A program made the translations under genes and the position numbers. The notes under the pieces are model-generated. The model was given only the letters and a program-made list of their open reading frames with translations. It did no database searches and was not told the DNA's origin. From a virus, in IMG/VR virus record IMGVR_UViG_3300048908_000307, positions 9,112 to 73,111 of that record: a stretch of DNA of 64,000 bases. One strand, written 5' to 3'. Each line of letters begins with the position of its first letter. The stretch's first letter is position 1. Below are positions 61,482 to 64,000 of the stretch, piece after piece.

Positions 61482-61745
61482 ATGACCGAGGAGGAAGTCG
61501 TGACCCGCCTGAAGCAGGCAGCCGTCGCCAAGAAGAAGGCCGAAGAGTCCGCAGCCGAAGCGTTTGCCGCAGCTGTCGTCGAGGCCTTGGAAGCCGGCCT
61601 GAAGCCGAAGACAGTCGCCGATGCGACTGGCTACAGCTACGAGACCATCCGCCGCATTGCCAGGAAGAACGACATCGGCCGCCTCCGCGAGCCGACCGTC
61701 ACCAGCAGGAAGAAAGCCCAGCCGGGAGGCGACTCCCCGGCCTGA
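61482..61745 (+). CDS. Small HTH protein
   Basis: AVVEALEAGLKPKTVADATGYSYETIRRIAR. Confidence 0.75.
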   Translation: MTEEEVVTRLKQAAVAKKKAEESAAEAFAAAVVEALEAGLKPKTVADATGYSYETIRRIARKNDIGRLREPTVTSRKKAQPGGDSPA

Positions 61746-61760
61746 CCGAGGAGACCAGCC

Positions 61761-62273
61761 TTGCCCCGTCGCGGCGTATCCATCGACTTCCGTCGGCGTA
61801 CCGCCCTCTACCGCCTCTTCGATGCGGAGGGGCGGCTGCTCTATGTCGGCATCGCCTTCAATCCGCGTGCCCGATGGCTCGGCCACTCGTCCACGAAGTC
61901 GTGGTGGAAGCAGGTCGACCGCAGTGAGGTCGAATGGCACGAGACGCGGAGTGCCGCCCTTGCTGCGGAAGCTGAAGCGATCGTCAACGAGCGTCCGCTG
62001 TACAACATCGCCGGCGCCGAGGAGCTCCCGCCGCCCGTCCCGCCCAAGCAGCGAAAGACCCGCCCGGCCGTTTCGGACGCGGCCGACAAGGAGCTGACGG
62101 CGGCCGGCAAGAGGTGGCACCAGTCCAAGGCGGCGCTGAAGGAGGCCGACGCCGAACTTCGCGCCCTGCTCGTAGAGGGGCGACGACAAGGCATCCCAGT
62201 GGGCAGGCTCGCCGAGCTCTCGGGCTTCACCCGCGAGTGGGTTGCGAAGATCGCCCCGGCGCCGAAGTCCTAG
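61761..62273 (+). CDS. GIY-YIG nuclease domain fused to an HTH
   Basis: TALYRLFDAEGRLLYVGIAFNPRARW..H...AEAEAIVNERPLYN, then GIPVGRLAELSGFTREWVAKI. Confidence 0.85.
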   Translation: MPRRGVSIDFRRRTALYRLFDAEGRLLYVGIAFNPRARWLGHSSTKSWWKQVDRSEVEWHETRSAALAAEAEAIVNERPLYNIAGAEELPPPVPPKQRKTRPAVSDAADKELTAAGKRWHQSKAALKEADAELRALLVEGRRQGIPVGRLAELSGFTREWVAKIAPAPKS

Positions 62274-62340
62274 CTGCGTCACGTCCCCTCCTCCTTCTCC
62301 TCCAGGCCCCGCCATCGGCGGGGCCTTCGTCGTGTCCGGG

Positions 62341-62772
62341 CTAGGCAGCTGCGCCGAAGATCGCCGCGTACTGGTCGGCCAGCTGCTCGCGCATCGGCTG
62401 GTCTTCGACGTGCTCGGGGTGGACGCAGCCGTCGTATTCGCAGCCGGACTTGACCCGCCCGACGGGTTCGCGTCCCCAGCGGATGCGGAAGGCGATGCGG
62501 CCGGCCGTATACATGCGGCCGGTGGTGTGGACGACGGGCACACCGGTGTTGTTGCGGTGTCCGGTCCAGGCGAGGTGGCCGCCCTCGACGGGTTCGACGC
62601 GCCGCCAGAACAGGTCTTCCGGGCCGCTCGAGCCCTTGATCGTGCGGGCGTCGGGCAAGCCCAGGGCGGCCCTCCTGGCGGCGACAGTCCGACGGTCGAT
62701 GCCGATCTCGGTGGCGATGTCGTGGTTGGACACCCCGGCGTACAGGAGTTCGGTGATCGCGCGGGTGCTCAT
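62341..62772 (-). CDS. HTH plus degenerate HNH-like (His-Me finger) domain
   Basis: HDIATEIGIDRRTV; FWRRV...WTG...AGRIAF...GC...CVHPEH. Confidence 0.6.
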   Translation of the reverse strand: MSTRAITELLYAGVSNHDIATEIGIDRRTVAARRAALGLPDARTIKGSSGPEDLFWRRVEPVEGGHLAWTGHRNNTGVPVVHTTGRMYTAGRIAFRIRWGREPVGRVKSGCEYDGCVHPEHVEDQPMREQLADQYAAIFGAAA

Positions 62773-63617
62773 GCGGCCACCTCGATCGCGTACTCGGGGT
62801 GGTCGCGGAACGCGTGGTCGACGTAGGACTTGTCGACTCCGAGGCGTTCGGCGGCTGCGGCCTTGTCGATGCCGGTGGTCCGCATGATCAAGTTGGCGTC
62901 CTGGGCGATGATTTCCCGGCGGGTGATCCCGTACATGGACTCGAAGTAGGGGTCATCGATGGCGTCGGCGTGCTGGTCCCAGTAGCTGGGCGGGGCCCAT
63001 CGCTTGGCCTTGGCTATGCCGCGGATGCGTTTGACGACTCGGGGCTCGATGCCGTGCCGGGCGGGGTTCTGGTTCTTGAGCGCGTCGTAGGCGCGGGCCA
63101 CCTTGTCGGCGGTGAAACCGAAGACGGGCCGGTCGGTGCGCCGGAGCAGCTCGCCGACGTAGGTGGGGTTGATGTCCAGGTGTTCGGCCATGCGCCGCAG
63201 CGGCCAGCCGAGGGCGGACAGGGCCTGGATCCGGCGCCGGGTTCCGGTGCCATCCACGTAACCGAGGTCAACTTGCTCGGCGGTTACGGACAGGATTTTG
63301 CGTGCGACCTCCGGGGTGACGCGGTGCTTCCTCTGGGTCTTTCCCGACGGGGAGGGCAGGAAGTTGCGGAGGGTCCATTCGTCGAGCCCGGCCGCGCGGG
63401 CTGCGGCGTTGATGCTGACGCCGTTCGCCTGCAGTGCCATGAGGTGGCGTCGGACGGGTTCGGCGTCGATGAGGGCGGGCTGTCCTTCGCGCTGCTTGCG
63501 GCGGAGTTCCCGCTGCCACTGGCGCCTGCGGTCGAGGCACTCGGGCCGCCGGCACTTGTAGTCGGTGACGCAGGTGAGGTTGCGGTGGTGGGGGGCTTCG
63601 CGGTCGGCGGTGGTCAC
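62769..63617 (-). CDS. Hypothetical protein with zinc motif and several HTH-like segments
   Basis: YKCRRPEC; EPVRRHLMAL; GTRRRIQALSALGW; AAAERLGV. Confidence 0.7.
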   Translation of the reverse strand: MTTADREAPHHRNLTCVTDYKCRRPECLDRRRQWQRELRRKQREGQPALIDAEPVRRHLMALQANGVSINAAARAAGLDEWTLRNFLPSPSGKTQRKHRVTPEVARKILSVTAEQVDLGYVDGTGTRRRIQALSALGWPLRRMAEHLDINPTYVGELLRRTDRPVFGFTADKVARAYDALKNQNPARHGIEPRVVKRIRGIAKAKRWAPPSYWDQHADAIDDPYFESMYGITRREIIAQDANLIMRTTGIDKAAAAERLGVDKSYVDHAFRDHPEYAIEVAA

Positions 63618-63928
63618 GGCTGCGGCTTCTCCTCTCGGTGCTGGTTGATGGCGTTGTGGAGTCGGTCGAGTCCGGCGGGCCCGTAGTAGGCGAGGGCTGC
63701 GTCGAGGAGCAGGTCGCTGTCGGTGCCCGGCTGGGTGTCGATGGCGGGCGGGTCGGTGCGGAGGATGGCGTCGGCGACGATCCGGTCGGCGCCGCGCAGG
63801 GCGTGGATGCTGCGGCGCATGGCCCAGGCGGCGAAGACGAGCAGGCCGGCGGCGATGGCGAGGTTGGGCCAGTTGGCGACGACCCAGTCGCCGGCGGTGA
63901 GCCAGGCGTGGCGGACTTCGGGGCTCAC
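63614..63928 (-). CDS. Hypothetical single-TM protein
   Basis: WPNLAIAAGLLVFAAWA; GGAGG RBS. Confidence 0.65.
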   Translation of the reverse strand: MSPEVRHAWLTAGDWVVANWPNLAIAAGLLVFAAWAMRRSIHALRGADRIVADAILRTDPPAIDTQPGTDSDLLLDAALAYYGPAGLDRLHNAINQHREEKPQP

Positions 63929-64000
63929 GTCCGCCTCCCGGTGATGCAGGCGTAGGCGACGGCGGCGATCCCGGCCATCAGGGCGAGGCAGGCGAGGAAG

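Larger units (their letters stand above)
1..64000. mobile_element. Temperate siphovirus-type actinophage genome (incomplete in the window) carrying a TraB transfer module
   Basis: Integrase, lysis, tail, head, terminase and replication modules in canonical order; no host housekeeping genes seen. Confidence 0.93.

Overview
The window is almost entirely one temperate siphovirus-type phage genome from a high-GC actinomycete, very probably Streptomyces or a close relative (inferred from GC content and gene families; no database search was run). Left to right: the 3' end of a tyrosine integrase and an attP-like site (1-860); an accessory region with LexA boxes, small regulators and a serine resolvase with its res site (860-6.9 kb); the lysis cassette (7-10 kb, minus); a plus-strand sugar epimerase plus two glycosyltransferases (10.2-14.4 kb); tail, head and terminase genes (14.4-37 kb, minus); a TraB/FtsK-type conjugative transfer module with clt-like 8-bp repeats and GntR-family regulators (39.7-49.4 kb); a Panacea toxin-antitoxin pair; and early genes (C5 methyltransferase, DnaB, DnaC-like loader, initiator). 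The window ends inside the early region; no clear immunity repressor and no host DNA are visible. The most striking observations are (1) a hyphal-conjugation (TraB + clt) module inside an otherwise complete virion-encoding integrative phage, (2) a LAGLIDADG intein inserted exactly before the catalytic Cys of an NlpC/P60 domain in the tape measure protein, and (3) a glycosylation operon that splits the late operon from the lysis cassette. Family names come from motif recognition by eye and need HMM confirmation.
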